A stretch of DNA of 64,000 nucleotides from Nitrospirota bacterium (GTDB lineage: Bacteria > Patescibacteriota > Gracilibacteria > UBA1369 > LOWO2-01-FULL-3). Every line of letters starts with the position of its first letter. Position 1 is the first letter of the stretch. Positions 44,604-53,914 of the stretch are shown here, piece after piece. Below the pieces are notes generated by a model. The model had not been told where the DNA came from. It searched no databases and saw only the letters and a list, made by a program, of their open reading frames with translations. The stretch is from the NCBI GenBank assembly GCA_043816165.1, contig JBDRIE010000025.1:2680-66679 (forward strand), given 5' to 3'. The position numbers and the translations under genes were made by a program.

Positions 44604-47225
44604 ATGACAAAACTTACGCCGATGATGGCGCAATATAAGGCTATAAAAGAGAAATACAAGGATTGTATCTTGATGTATAGGATGGGTGATTTTTATGAAA
44701 TGTTTTTTGAAGATGCGGTTGAGGCGGCTGGGATTTTGCAGATTACTTTGACGGCGCGGAACAAGGGTGGAGATGGTAAGGCGCCGATGTGTGGTGTGCC
44801 GTATCATGCGGTGGATCAGTATTTGCCGAAGCTGACTCGAGCGGGAAAAAAAGTGGCGGTGTGCGATCAGATGACTGAGCCGACCGGGAAAGGGATTGTA
44901 GAGAGAGAGGTTGTGAGGGTTGTGACTCCGGGTACGACTTTCGATGAGGGTTTGTTGGATCGGAAGGCAAATAATTATGTGGCGTGCGTGGTTGAGGCTC
45001 CTGCGGGGTCTGGGGCCGGTTCGGGGTCTGGCGCCGGTTCGGGGTCTGGCGCCGGTGCGCGGTTTGGGCTTGCTTATGCGGATGTGACGACCGGGGATTT
45101 TCGTGTGAGTGAATTTGAAAAGTTTAGTGAATTGGTCCGGGAAATGCAGAGAGTGGATGTGGCCGAGTGTATTTGTGAGGAGGAACTGACTGCTCGTGTG
45201 AAACAAGGTTATGTTTTTCCATATTCTTATTCGAAGGACGCGGAGTCTGAGTTGAAGGATGGATTTGGCATCAAATCTTTGAGTGTTTTTGGGCTGGAGG
45301 ATCGTTCACAAGCGACTCTTGCTGCCGGAATGCTTTATGAATATTTGAAGGAAACTCAGAAGACTGATTTGAAACATATTCAGAGGATTTCTTATTTTGG
45401 TATGTCTGATTTTATGCCACTTGATGAAGCTTGTATTAGGAACCTGGAGCTTTTTCGGACTAGTCGTGGGAATAAAGAAGGAAGTCTGGTTTGGGCTATG
45501 GACAATACTGTGACTGCTATGGGTGGGCGGTTATTGAGGAATTGGGTTTTGCATCCACTGTTGAAGAAAGCCGAGATTGATATTCGTTTGAATGAAGTTG
45601 ATAAATTTGTTGGAGATTCGAGCTTGATGAGGTCTGTTCGTGAGGAATTGAGTAAAATTTATGATATTGAAAGACTTTTGAGTCGTTTGAGTTTGGGGAC
45701 CGGCAACGCGAGAGATCTGGTTGCGATGAAGGCGTCCTTGAAAGTTATTCCTAGCTTGAATGAGCTGACCACCTCCACGGCGGGGCAGGCCGGGGCCGCC
45801 GCCTCAGCGGGGTCTGCGACTGGCATTTCTGAATTTCCTGAACTGGTAGCTCTGGTTGAAATTGGTATCAATGATGAATGTCCTATTTCGGTTCGCGATG
45901 GTGGGATGATTCGTGGAGGATATGACAAAGAACTGGATGACTTGAGATCGATAAGTACTGAAGGAAAATCATTTATCAAAGATTTGCAGGAAAGAGAGAG
46001 CAAGAGGACCGGCATTAGCACACTGAAGGTGAAATTCAATAGAGTTTTTGGATATTATATCGAGATTAGCAAAGCAAATGCTGGGAACGTGCCGGATGAT
46101 TATGTAAGGAAGCAAACTTTGGTGAATGCGGAGCGATATATTACGCCTGAGCTGAAGGAATATGAGGAGAAGGTTTTGACTGCTGAGGACCGCATCAAAG
46201 AGCTTGAATATGAACTTTTCTATAAGATTCGGATGGAAGTTGTGAAGGAGTTGGTGAAGTTGCAGAAGGCGGCGAAAGTGGTGGCAGAGATGGATGTGTA
46301 TAGTTGTTTTGCTTTTAATGCGGAGAAGGGGGCGTATTGTAGGCCGGAAGTTTTGGAGGATGCCACCGCCGAGGCGGGGTCTACGAGCGGCATTGAGCTT
46401 GTGGGTAGCAGGCATCCTGTTATCGAAAAAATTGGATCTGATTTTGTTCCGAATGACTGCGAGATGAATGCGGATCAGTCGTTTTTGTTAATTACCGGAC
46501 CTAATATGGGTGGTAAGTCTACTTATCTGAGGCAGGTTGCTTTGTGTGTTTTGATGGCTCAGATCGGAAGTTTTGTCCCTGCTTCGTCTGCTAGGATCGG
46601 GGTTGTGGATCGGATTTTTACAAGAGTTGGGGCATCTGATAATCTTGTGGCCGGAGATAGTACTTTTATGGTGGAGATGCAGGAGGCTTCTTATATTTTG
46701 AATCATGCTACAGAGCGGAGTTTGATAATTTTGGATGAAGTGGGACGTGGAACTTCGACTTATGATGGTGTGAGTATTGCTTGGGCGATTATGGAATTTA
46801 TTCATGATCGGCTTAAGGCAAAAACTCTATTTGCGACTCACTATCATGAGTTGATCGAACTTGCTGACAAGCTGGATCATGCGAAGAATATGAGCGTAGC
46901 CGTGCGGGAAAACGAGAAAGAGGGCGTTGTGTTTTTGTATAAAATTGTTGAAGGGGGCGTGGATAAAAGTTATGGAATCGAGGTCGCGAAGCTTGCCGGT
47001 TTGCCGGTGGATGTTGTTGGGAGGGCGAGGGGAGTTTTGAGTGAATTGGAATCGAAAAAAATTACAAAAAAACGTGTTGATCCGAATCAAGTGGAATTGT
47101 TTGAAGAAAATCGTGCTCATCGTGAACTTTTAAAAGATTTGAGTGAAGTGGATGTTAACAATTTGACTCCGATTGAAGCTTTACGGAAATTGAATGAGAT
47201 GAAAAAGAAAACAAAGGAAGACTAG
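44604..47225 (+). CDS. mutS: DNA mismatch repair protein MutS
   Basis: 873 aa. TPMMAQY...GDFYEMF mismatch-binding domain, GPNMGGKSTYLRQ Walker A, ILDEVGRGTSTYDG. Carries three GC-rich in-frame inserts. Confidence 0.97.
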   Translation: MTKLTPMMAQYKAIKEKYKDCILMYRMGDFYEMFFEDAVEAAGILQITLTARNKGGDGKAPMCGVPYHAVDQYLPKLTRAGKKVAVCDQMTEPTGKGIVEREVVRVVTPGTTFDEGLLDRKANNYVACVVEAPAGSGAGSGSGAGSGSGAGARFGLAYADVTTGDFRVSEFEKFSELVREMQRVDVAECICEEELTARVKQGYVFPYSYSKDAESELKDGFGIKSLSVFGLEDRSQATLAAGMLYEYLKETQKTDLKHIQRISYFGMSDFMPLDEACIRNLELFRTSRGNKEGSLVWAMDNTVTAMGGRLLRNWVLHPLLKKAEIDIRLNEVDKFVGDSSLMRSVREELSKIYDIERLLSRLSLGTGNARDLVAMKASLKVIPSLNELTTSTAGQAGAAASAGSATGISEFPELVALVEIGINDECPISVRDGGMIRGGYDKELDDLRSISTEGKSFIKDLQERESKRTGISTLKVKFNRVFGYYIEISKANAGNVPDDYVRKQTLVNAERYITPELKEYEEKVLTAEDRIKELEYELFYKIRMEVVKELVKLQKAAKVVAEMDVYSCFAFNAEKGAYCRPEVLEDATAEAGSTSGIELVGSRHPVIEKIGSDFVPNDCEMNADQSFLLITGPNMGGKSTYLRQVALCVLMAQIGSFVPASSARIGVVDRIFTRVGASDNLVAGDSTFMVEMQEASYILNHATERSLIILDEVGRGTSTYDGVSIAWAIMEFIHDRLKAKTLFATHYHELIELADKLDHAKNMSVAVRENEKEGVVFLYKIVEGGVDKSYGIEVAKLAGLPVDVVGRARGVLSELESKKITKKRVDPNQVELFEENRAHRELLKDLSEVDVNNLTPIEALRKLNEMKKKTKED
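45005..45058. repeat. 3 x 18-bp tandem repeat inside mutS
   Basis: GGGGTCTGGGGCCGGTTC / GGGGTCTGGCGCCGGTTC / GGGGTCTGGCGCCGGTGC, encoding (GSGAGS)-type linker. Confidence 0.9.
45768..45827. repeat. GC-rich in-frame cassette in mutS (insert 2)
   Basis: Encodes TSTAGQAGAAASAGSATGI. 45795-45827 matches 46362-46394 at 26/33 ungapped and in the same codon phase (hand count). Confidence 0.7.
46362..46394. repeat. GC-rich in-frame cassette in mutS (insert 3)
   Basis: GCCACCGCCGAGGCGGGGTCTACGAGCGGCATT encodes ATAEAGSTSGI. Shares the GCGGGGTCT core with inserts 1 and 2 and with 42317-42340. Confidence 0.7.
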
Positions 47226-47280
47226 CGAATAAATGGCTTCTATTGTATGATTGCGGTTGGTATTTCCTAATACTTGAAAT

Positions 47281-48423
47281 ATGAAAAAATTATTTAGCTT
47301 GTTACTAGGTTTTGCCTTGGTTTTGACCTTGGCGGGATGCAGTTTTGATTTCAGTTTTGGGGGAGGTGATGATGAAGAAGAAGTTATTGCGCCGGAAGAG
47401 GAAATAGTGGAGGAAGAGGAAGTTGTTGAGGAGGAGGAAGAAGTTGTTGAGGAGGAGGAAGAAGTTGTGGAAGAAGAGGAAGAAGTTGTGGAAGAAGAGG
47501 AAGAGGTTGTGGAAGAAGAGGAAGAGCCCGGCTACACTGGGGCAAATTACATTACAATTACCAGCCCTGATCCTGATAGTGATTACCATGAACAACCTAT
47601 AGTTTTTGAAGGAATTGTTTCTCCAAATACAAAGAAAATTGTAGTTACGGCTACTATTCAAGCAATGGATATGAATCCTGATGCTCTGGATGTTGTCGAT
47701 GTTTACACCTTGCAAGATTTCAAATATGGAGATGCCAATTTTGTTTATAGATCAAGTATGGAGTGGGGCAATTTGTTTTATGGAACTAATGACTACGAAT
47801 TCAAAGCTTATTACGATGATGGGAAGACCAGTAGTGCTTATTTGACTGTTTACTTCTCACCAGCAACTGCTGAAATAGGTAAACCGGTAGTTTATCTTTA
47901 TCCAGAGAAAACAATGAAAGTTTTTGTGGATGTTGAGCCTGAGGGCGGAATTTCCGTTTCTGAGCCTGAATTAGCAGATGGATGGAATGTTGTGGCTACT
48001 CCTGATAGTAAAATTTATAATTTTGCTGATAGAGGAGTTTATCCTTACTTGTTCTGGGAAGGTTATGCTTATGATTTCGTGACTCCGGAAGAGGGATTTG
48101 TAGTAGAGAGTGATGGTGTTGAGAAGTTTTTTGATGAAAAATTGGCAGTTCTTGGTTTGAATGAGGTGGAAGTTGCTGACTTCAAGGAGTTTTGGGTGCC
48201 TCGCTTGAGTGAAGATCCTTACTATTTTATTACTTTCATTTCACAAGAAGATTTTGATAAATATGCACCTTTGACTGTTGATCCTGAGCCGGATTCTGTG
48301 ATCCGAGTATTCTTCGATTACAAAGGACTGGATGGAAAAGCGGAAGTCAAAGAGCAGAAACTTGTAACTCCTGAAAGAGAAGGTTTTACTGTTGTGGAAT
48401 GGGGTGGAAGACTTTATAGATAA
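47281..48423 (+). CDS. lipoprotein with acidic (EEEEVV)n repeat and unknown C-terminal domain
   Basis: 380 aa. Lipobox LTLAGC, about 45 aa of E/V repeat, then a roughly 290-aa aromatic-rich domain not recognised. Confidence 0.75.
   Translation: MKKLFSLLLGFALVLTLAGCSFDFSFGGGDDEEEVIAPEEEIVEEEEVVEEEEEVVEEEEEVVEEEEEVVEEEEEVVEEEEEPGYTGANYITITSPDPDSDYHEQPIVFEGIVSPNTKKIVVTATIQAMDMNPDALDVVDVYTLQDFKYGDANFVYRSSMEWGNLFYGTNDYEFKAYYDDGKTSSAYLTVYFSPATAEIGKPVVYLYPEKTMKVFVDVEPEGGISVSEPELADGWNVVATPDSKIYNFADRGVYPYLFWEGYAYDFVTPEEGFVVESDGVEKFFDEKLAVLGLNEVEVADFKEFWVPRLSEDPYYFITFISQEDFDKYAPLTVDPEPDSVIRVFFDYKGLDGKAEVKEQKLVTPEREGFTVVEWGGRLYR
47395..47526. repeat. coding 24-nt tandem repeat (E/V-rich)
   Basis: GAGGAGGAGGAAGAAGTTGTT- and GAAGAAGAGGAAGAAGTTGTG-type units, about 5 copies. 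Confidence 0.8.
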
Positions 48424-48428
48424 AAATT

Positions 48429-50033
48429 ATGAAAAAATTATTTTCGCTATTAATTTTGTTGCTGTTTTCGGCTGTGTTTACCGGTTGTGGTAAGGAATAT
48501 ATATATATTGATTCGCTTTATCCCGAGGATGAAGCGATGTGGAAGCATATTTTTGACAAAGGTGAATCCATTGAATTTGAAACTGCCCCAATGGGGATTA
48601 TTTTGCCGCATCACTCTATTACGCAATTTACAGTGAATAGTTTTTATGCCGGTTTGGCTAAGGTGAAAGATCCTTCTGTTGTTGTGGTTTTGGGGCCGAA
48701 TCATTTTGAATCCGGTCTTGAGACCGGCAAGTCTGACAATGTGCAGACGTGTAACGCGTGTATTTATTCAACTACTGATGGAGATTTGATGCTGGATGAG
48801 GATTTTATTGACGATATGGTTGATGATGGAGTAGCTGTTTATAACGACACTACTTTCGCTCAAGAGCATGCGGTTTTTGCCCATTCTCCTTTTATTAAAC
48901 ACTATTTTCCGGAAGCTACGATCGTTCCAATTCTGTTTAAGTGGGATACCTCGATTGATGAGCTGAAGGAGGTAAGTGATTTTTTGGATGAAAATTTACC
49001 TGCAGATGCTTTGGTGCTCGCCAGTGTGGATTTTTCACACTATGTTCCTGATGGAATGGCACTTTTCCACGATGATGCTTCATATGCTTCAATAACTAAT
49101 TTCGACTATTCTAATATTTTTGATCTGGAGCTCGACTCACCTTCTTCAATCTATACATTGCTCAGCCTTATGGATGCACGTGGATATATGAATTCTGAAT
49201 TGAAGAAGCATACGAATTTAACTGATTTCATTGATGAACATAAGGAGGAAACCACTAGCCATTTGTATTTTGCCTTTTATAAAGGTGAAGTTGATCCGTA
49301 TCAGGGAGTGAGTATTTTGGTGGTTGGTAGTTTGCCGGATGATAATACTTTGGAATTTATGACGAGCTGGAAGTGGGATGAAAATTATGATGAAGCTTCG
49401 GATCAGACTATAAATAAGCAGCTTCGAGATATTCGTGGGACTGAGGATCGGTTTTTGGTGGGAGCTGATTATTACTTATTTGATCATGTTGAAAATGAAT
49501 GTTCTGTTGAAGAACAAAACTATATGAAAATTGCATTCTGTAAGTTTTCTGAGGACGAGGGTGCAGAAAAAGAGTATTTGGATATTATCGATAAAATCAA
49601 AGAAGATGTTGATGAAGTTGTGCTTCTTTTTGATTATCAAGGCGGTGGTGAAGTTGATGAAGATAGAAAATTCTTCACACGTGCTCTGGCGAAAAAGGGT
49701 GTAGATATTTTTATTGGGCGTGGGCTTAAGGAGATCGTTCCTTTTGAAACTTATAAGGGAAATTTGCTTTTCCATAATCTTGGAAATTTCATTGTGGACA
49801 ACAAACTGGTTACTGACTTGAATGCTTTGTCTTCAGGAATCGCGCTTGGACTTCATATTACTCCATACAATTACATTATTTATACTTTCCCTGTTTCGAT
49901 TACAAATGGCTATCCAACGCTTGAGGATTACTCCAAACGGACTACGCTATTTAATATTTATAAAGAAGATGCTATATTGGACCGCCATGATAGTACCAAT
50001 CAGGATAAGGGGTTTATAAATGTTGAAAGATAG
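48429..50033 (+). CDS. lipoprotein: MEMO1/AmmeMemoRadiSam-B-like domain fused to a degenerate CapA-like C-terminal half
   Basis: 534 aa. Lipobox FTGC. MGIILPHH..., VLGPNH, FAQEHAVFAHSPFIKHYFP, IVPILF and ASVDFSHY are MEMO-like. The C-terminal YKGNLLFHNLGNFIVD resembles the CapA tail (tentative). Confidence 0.7.
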   Translation: MKKLFSLLILLLFSAVFTGCGKEYIYIDSLYPEDEAMWKHIFDKGESIEFETAPMGIILPHHSITQFTVNSFYAGLAKVKDPSVVVVLGPNHFESGLETGKSDNVQTCNACIYSTTDGDLMLDEDFIDDMVDDGVAVYNDTTFAQEHAVFAHSPFIKHYFPEATIVPILFKWDTSIDELKEVSDFLDENLPADALVLASVDFSHYVPDGMALFHDDASYASITNFDYSNIFDLELDSPSSIYTLLSLMDARGYMNSELKKHTNLTDFIDEHKEETTSHLYFAFYKGEVDPYQGVSILVVGSLPDDNTLEFMTSWKWDENYDEASDQTINKQLRDIRGTEDRFLVGADYYLFDHVENECSVEEQNYMKIAFCKFSEDEGAEKEYLDIIDKIKEDVDEVVLLFDYQGGGEVDEDRKFFTRALAKKGVDIFIGRGLKEIVPFETYKGNLLFHNLGNFIVDNKLVTDLNALSSGIALGLHITPYNYIIYTFPVSITNGYPTLEDYSKRTTLFNIYKEDAILDRHDSTNQDKGFINVER

Positions 50034-51783
50034 TATGTCTGTAATAAAGATTCTTCCGGAAAATTTGGTCAATCAGATTGCTGCAGGTGAGGTGGTTGAA
50101 AGGCCTTCTAGTGTGGTCAAGGAGCTTGTTGAAAACAGTATTGATGCCGGGGCCGGGCGTGTTTTGGTCGATGTGAGGGATGGAGGGAAGACTTTTATTA
50201 AAATTACCGATAATGGGTGTGGGATGTCGCGAGACGATCTTGAAATGGCATTGCAAAGGCATGCAACTAGCAAGATTTCTAGCGAGGCTGATTTGTGGAA
50301 AATAAAAACTATGGGGTTTCGTGGTGAGGCTCTGGCGAGTATTGCTTCGGTTTCGAAGATGGTTATCAAGAGTAAAACTGCCGGTGAAGTCGGGGGTGCA
50401 ATGATCGAGTGCAATGGTGGGGATATGGTTTCGGCGAATGATGTCGGTATGAGTGACGGGACTGTGATCGAGGTTTATGATTTGTTTTTTAATACTCCGG
50501 CTCGGCAGAAATATCTAAAAAAAGAGAGTACCGAGCTTGGGCAGATAACTTCTACGATGAATAATATTGCTTTGGCTAACCCTTCTGTGGCTTTCAAGTT
50601 GATTCATAATGGGAAGGCGGTATTTGATTTGGCGCCTGTTACGGATTTGATTTCGCGGGTGAGGGATGTTTTTGGGGTGGCGACTGCGGAGGCGATGATC
50701 CCTGTGTTTTATGGAGGAAGCAGTTTTCAGGTTGAGGGTTTTGTGGGGAAGCCGGCGTTGAGTCGAAGTACAACTAAACATCAATACTTTTTTGTTAATG
50801 GTCGTTATGTTCAGCACTTTTTATTGGCGCATTCAATCAAATCTGCGTTTCATTCGATGTTGATGGAAAACAAGAAACCGGTTTTTGTTATAAATATTAC
50901 GATCGATCCATCTTTGATTGATGTGAATGTGCATCCGCGGAAGTTGGAAGTGCGTTTTGAAGATCAGCAAAGGATGATTCGGACTATGTATTCGTGTGTA
51001 AAAGCGGCATTGGAGAAAGAAAGCCTGACTCCTCTCGGAATTACTGAGTCGAAAAGGTATATGTCAGACAGTTTCCCGAAGGAAAACAATTATGCGAAAG
51101 CTGGAAATGTTCAAGATGCAATTTCATTTTCCAAAGATTTTTTGGCAGAAAGAGATTCCCGCCAAATTCAGCAAACTTCTTTGCCAACGGGTATTTCTGA
51201 GGAGGAGGAAGAAGGTATGCAAGCAATTTCCCAAGTCTCTGAGTCGTATATTGTCGCTCAGGATCAGGGCGGGCTTGTTTTGATTGATCAGCATGCCGCT
51301 CATGAAAGAGTTCGATATGAACAATTGATGGATCAATATGAAAATGAACAAAAAGCTGTTCAGCCTTTGCTTGTACCTTTGCAGATTGAGTTTTCCGGAG
51401 ATGAGGTTTCGGTGATCGAAGATAATAAGGAAATTTTTGATGGATTGGGGTTTGATGTTGAGCATTTTGGAGGAAAAACTTTTGTGGTGAATGGTGTTCC
51501 AGCGTTTTTGTCGGGGGAAGATGCCGAGGGAGTGATAAAGGGAGTTTTGGATGATATTTTGAATGAATCTAAACCTTCGCGTGTTCAGGGATTTGAGGAA
51601 GTTATCAATTATATGGCTTGCAGGAGTGCTATAAAGTTTGGGCAAAAGTTGAGTTTGGGGGAAATGCAGGTATTGATTGATGATATGTCGAAGTTGGAGA
51701 GGCCATATACTTGTCCTCATGGTCGTCCAACAATGATTTCACTTACTTTAAGTGAGCTTGAGAAGATGTTTGGAAGAAAGTAA
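50020..51783 (+). CDS. mutL: DNA mismatch repair protein MutL
   Basis: 587 aa. LPENLVNQIAAGEVVERPSSVVKELVENSIDAG GHKL ATPase and C-terminal dimerisation domain with ...ACRSAIKFG.... Confidence 0.95.
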   Translation: MLKDSMSVIKILPENLVNQIAAGEVVERPSSVVKELVENSIDAGAGRVLVDVRDGGKTFIKITDNGCGMSRDDLEMALQRHATSKISSEADLWKIKTMGFRGEALASIASVSKMVIKSKTAGEVGGAMIECNGGDMVSANDVGMSDGTVIEVYDLFFNTPARQKYLKKESTELGQITSTMNNIALANPSVAFKLIHNGKAVFDLAPVTDLISRVRDVFGVATAEAMIPVFYGGSSFQVEGFVGKPALSRSTTKHQYFFVNGRYVQHFLLAHSIKSAFHSMLMENKKPVFVINITIDPSLIDVNVHPRKLEVRFEDQQRMIRTMYSCVKAALEKESLTPLGITESKRYMSDSFPKENNYAKAGNVQDAISFSKDFLAERDSRQIQQTSLPTGISEEEEEGMQAISQVSESYIVAQDQGGLVLIDQHAAHERVRYEQLMDQYENEQKAVQPLLVPLQIEFSGDEVSVIEDNKEIFDGLGFDVEHFGGKTFVVNGVPAFLSGEDAEGVIKGVLDDILNESKPSRVQGFEEVINYMACRSAIKFGQKLSLGEMQVLIDDMSKLERPYTCPHGRPTMISLTLSELEKMFGRK

Positions 51784-53913
51784 TTATTTTCCCCATAAAG
51801 CTGAAAAATATTTATCATAAACAAGTGTCGTGGCGTACGTGATGTCCCCTTCCGAAGTCAAAGTGGCGTCTTCCGGGTGAATAGATAGGCTGTATATTTC
51901 ATCCGCCTTTGAAACGGTTTTTGTAAATATGCTGCCTTTGCTTCCCGGCTGTTTTTCAATTATTAATTTGTAAGTAGCTACCGGTTCGAAATCCAAAGTA
52001 AACGGGAGGCTGTATTTTATCCAAACTTCTGAAGTTTCACCTGCCTTAGTATTCATTTCCAAAAAGAAATAGGTCTTTTTGAGATCTTTATCGTACATAG
52101 TCTGCACGTCAGCCCCATCTGTCTCTATTAAAACGCTTCCTTCAGGGACATAAATTCTTGTGGAAACTTTGTTTTCACCTCGTCCCAAAATATCAATTAT
52201 ATTATCCGGCATTTCGTCGAATCCATATCCCGCCAGAATCTTTTTCCACATAAAATAAATCTCGTCTGTCCAGAGATGTGATCGCTCCACGGTTATTTCA
52301 TTTGTAATTTTCCCATTTATATCAATATCCGTGTGGTGTTGAATCACTTCTTCCATGAATTGCTCGGATTTTGTGCCGCCTGTGGAGATGTGTATCACGC
52401 TCAGATAATCTTCTTCCGGTTCTGAAATGTGGACAGAACCATCCAGTCCTGTGGACTCGAATAACGCTTGTATCTCCTCGTCGCTCGAGTACATCATGAT
52501 GTGTTTTTGCTGGATTGCTTTGTACATTTTGCTGGAAACTTTGCTGATGTTTTCCTCTTTTAGAATCGCTTCTTTGAATAGCGGGACAAATACTTTGAGC
52601 AGGTGTTTCGGATCTTCTTCTCCCCAAACTTTTCCTTCGATCACGTAGCTGAGAAGCAAATTGTAGTTTTCCGAGTCGAGTGCTCCAAAGTTGCCGACTT
52701 GGATTGGGCCTGTGATTTCCAGCATGTCCATTAGTAGACCTTGATTGATTGCGATCACTGTGTCGACTGTTGGGCCGCCTTCTTTTTCGAGGAACCAACG
52801 TGCTTTTTTGGCTGAAGTTGGGAAGTCCGGTGAATAGTTGCTATCCCTTAAACGCCAGTTTTTTGTCCAGGGTTTGAACTCTTCCGGTGGTTCTATTATT
52901 CCGCCGTATGATCCGTCTATATCGTAGACGTCGTAGGTTTCGAGTTTTTCGATGTACCCTTCGTTGATGTCCATTATTGCGTAACTTCCGATGAATCCAC
53001 CTGATGGTCTGATCTCGTTGTTGTTTTGGAATAAGATTAAGTACCTGTGTGGGTATCTGTCTCCGAGGAGTTTGAGGATTGCCGGAAAATACTCTGAAGT
53101 TGCTGCGAGTGTGTTCGAGATTTCCTCAATTTTTGTTTTTGCTAATGTTACCCTGGCTCTGAGTTCCGGTGGCAAAGTGCTTTCTTCTATCGTCAGAATT
53201 TGTTCTGATGCCAGATTGATTTGTTCGATAGCCAAGTCGGTTTTTTCGAGTCCTAATCTGAGGCTGTCAGTAATTGATGGTGGAGATGGCTGGTCCGGAT
53301 TGTTTTTTGTGACGAAATAAAGTGGAATTTTGTTGAACTCTTCCACCGCTTCCAGAAAATACTTCCCTGCGAATGAAAAATATTTACCTCCTTCCAGCAT
53401 TGCATTAACGGCTTGTCCTACACTTGAATCCTCATTGTAAAACGAATAATCGGTATTTATAAACCAAAGTTCGTCCTCGGCTTCCTCAAAATTTGTAATT
53501 GCCTTATCAAAGGATTCCAAAGCATTATCGAACTGGATTTGTGTGGCACTTTTCCCCGCATCCAGAATGTAATTGTAACCTTGATATGCCGTGTCTGAGA
53601 TATCTTTCTCTATTGTTTTCCCGATTACATAAACGTTTACTATGTTGATCGCAAAAATTATCAAAAAACCCGCGAGCGCGACTCTTATCAAATTCCCCAA
53701 ATACTTTGGAGGGTTAAATTTTTTCCCGCGAATATAAATATAATTCTCTTTTTTGCTTGAATAAAGGTCTTTTACCTCCCTTATTGGAGTGTCTTCTTTG
53801 TAGATATTATTTTCTGTCTTTTCAATAGGTTTCTTTTTTCCCGAAACCTTCCCTTTCAAGTCAATTTTCTTGTGACTAGGATCTATTTTTATATCTTTCG
53901 AGTTTTTTGGCAT
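51784..53913 (-). CDS. DUF4012-type membrane-anchored extracytoplasmic protein
   Basis: 709 aa. One N-terminal TM. LLGDRYPHRYLILFQNNNEIRPSGGFIGSYAIMDINEG matches the DUF4012 signature as I recall it. Confidence 0.72.
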   Translation of the reverse strand: MPKNSKDIKIDPSHKKIDLKGKVSGKKKPIEKTENNIYKEDTPIREVKDLYSSKKENYIYIRGKKFNPPKYLGNLIRVALAGFLIIFAINIVNVYVIGKTIEKDISDTAYQGYNYILDAGKSATQIQFDNALESFDKAITNFEEAEDELWFINTDYSFYNEDSSVGQAVNAMLEGGKYFSFAGKYFLEAVEEFNKIPLYFVTKNNPDQPSPPSITDSLRLGLEKTDLAIEQINLASEQILTIEESTLPPELRARVTLAKTKIEEISNTLAATSEYFPAILKLLGDRYPHRYLILFQNNNEIRPSGGFIGSYAIMDINEGYIEKLETYDVYDIDGSYGGIIEPPEEFKPWTKNWRLRDSNYSPDFPTSAKKARWFLEKEGGPTVDTVIAINQGLLMDMLEITGPIQVGNFGALDSENYNLLLSYVIEGKVWGEEDPKHLLKVFVPLFKEAILKEENISKVSSKMYKAIQQKHIMMYSSDEEIQALFESTGLDGSVHISEPEEDYLSVIHISTGGTKSEQFMEEVIQHHTDIDINGKITNEITVERSHLWTDEIYFMWKKILAGYGFDEMPDNIIDILGRGENKVSTRIYVPEGSVLIETDGADVQTMYDKDLKKTYFFLEMNTKAGETSEVWIKYSLPFTLDFEPVATYKLIIEKQPGSKGSIFTKTVSKADEIYSLSIHPEDATLTSEGDITYATTLVYDKYFSALWGK

Positions 53914-53914
53914 A

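Noticed and set aside
44532-45206. 224-aa ORF antisense to the mutS 5' region (contains PRTGARPRTGARPRTGPRP)
   Set aside because: The repeat peptide is just the reverse-frame reading of the 18-bp tandem repeat in mutS. mutS is unambiguous.
51124-51720. 198-aa ORF antisense to mutL
   Set aside because: It lies inside mutL and is a shadow ORF.
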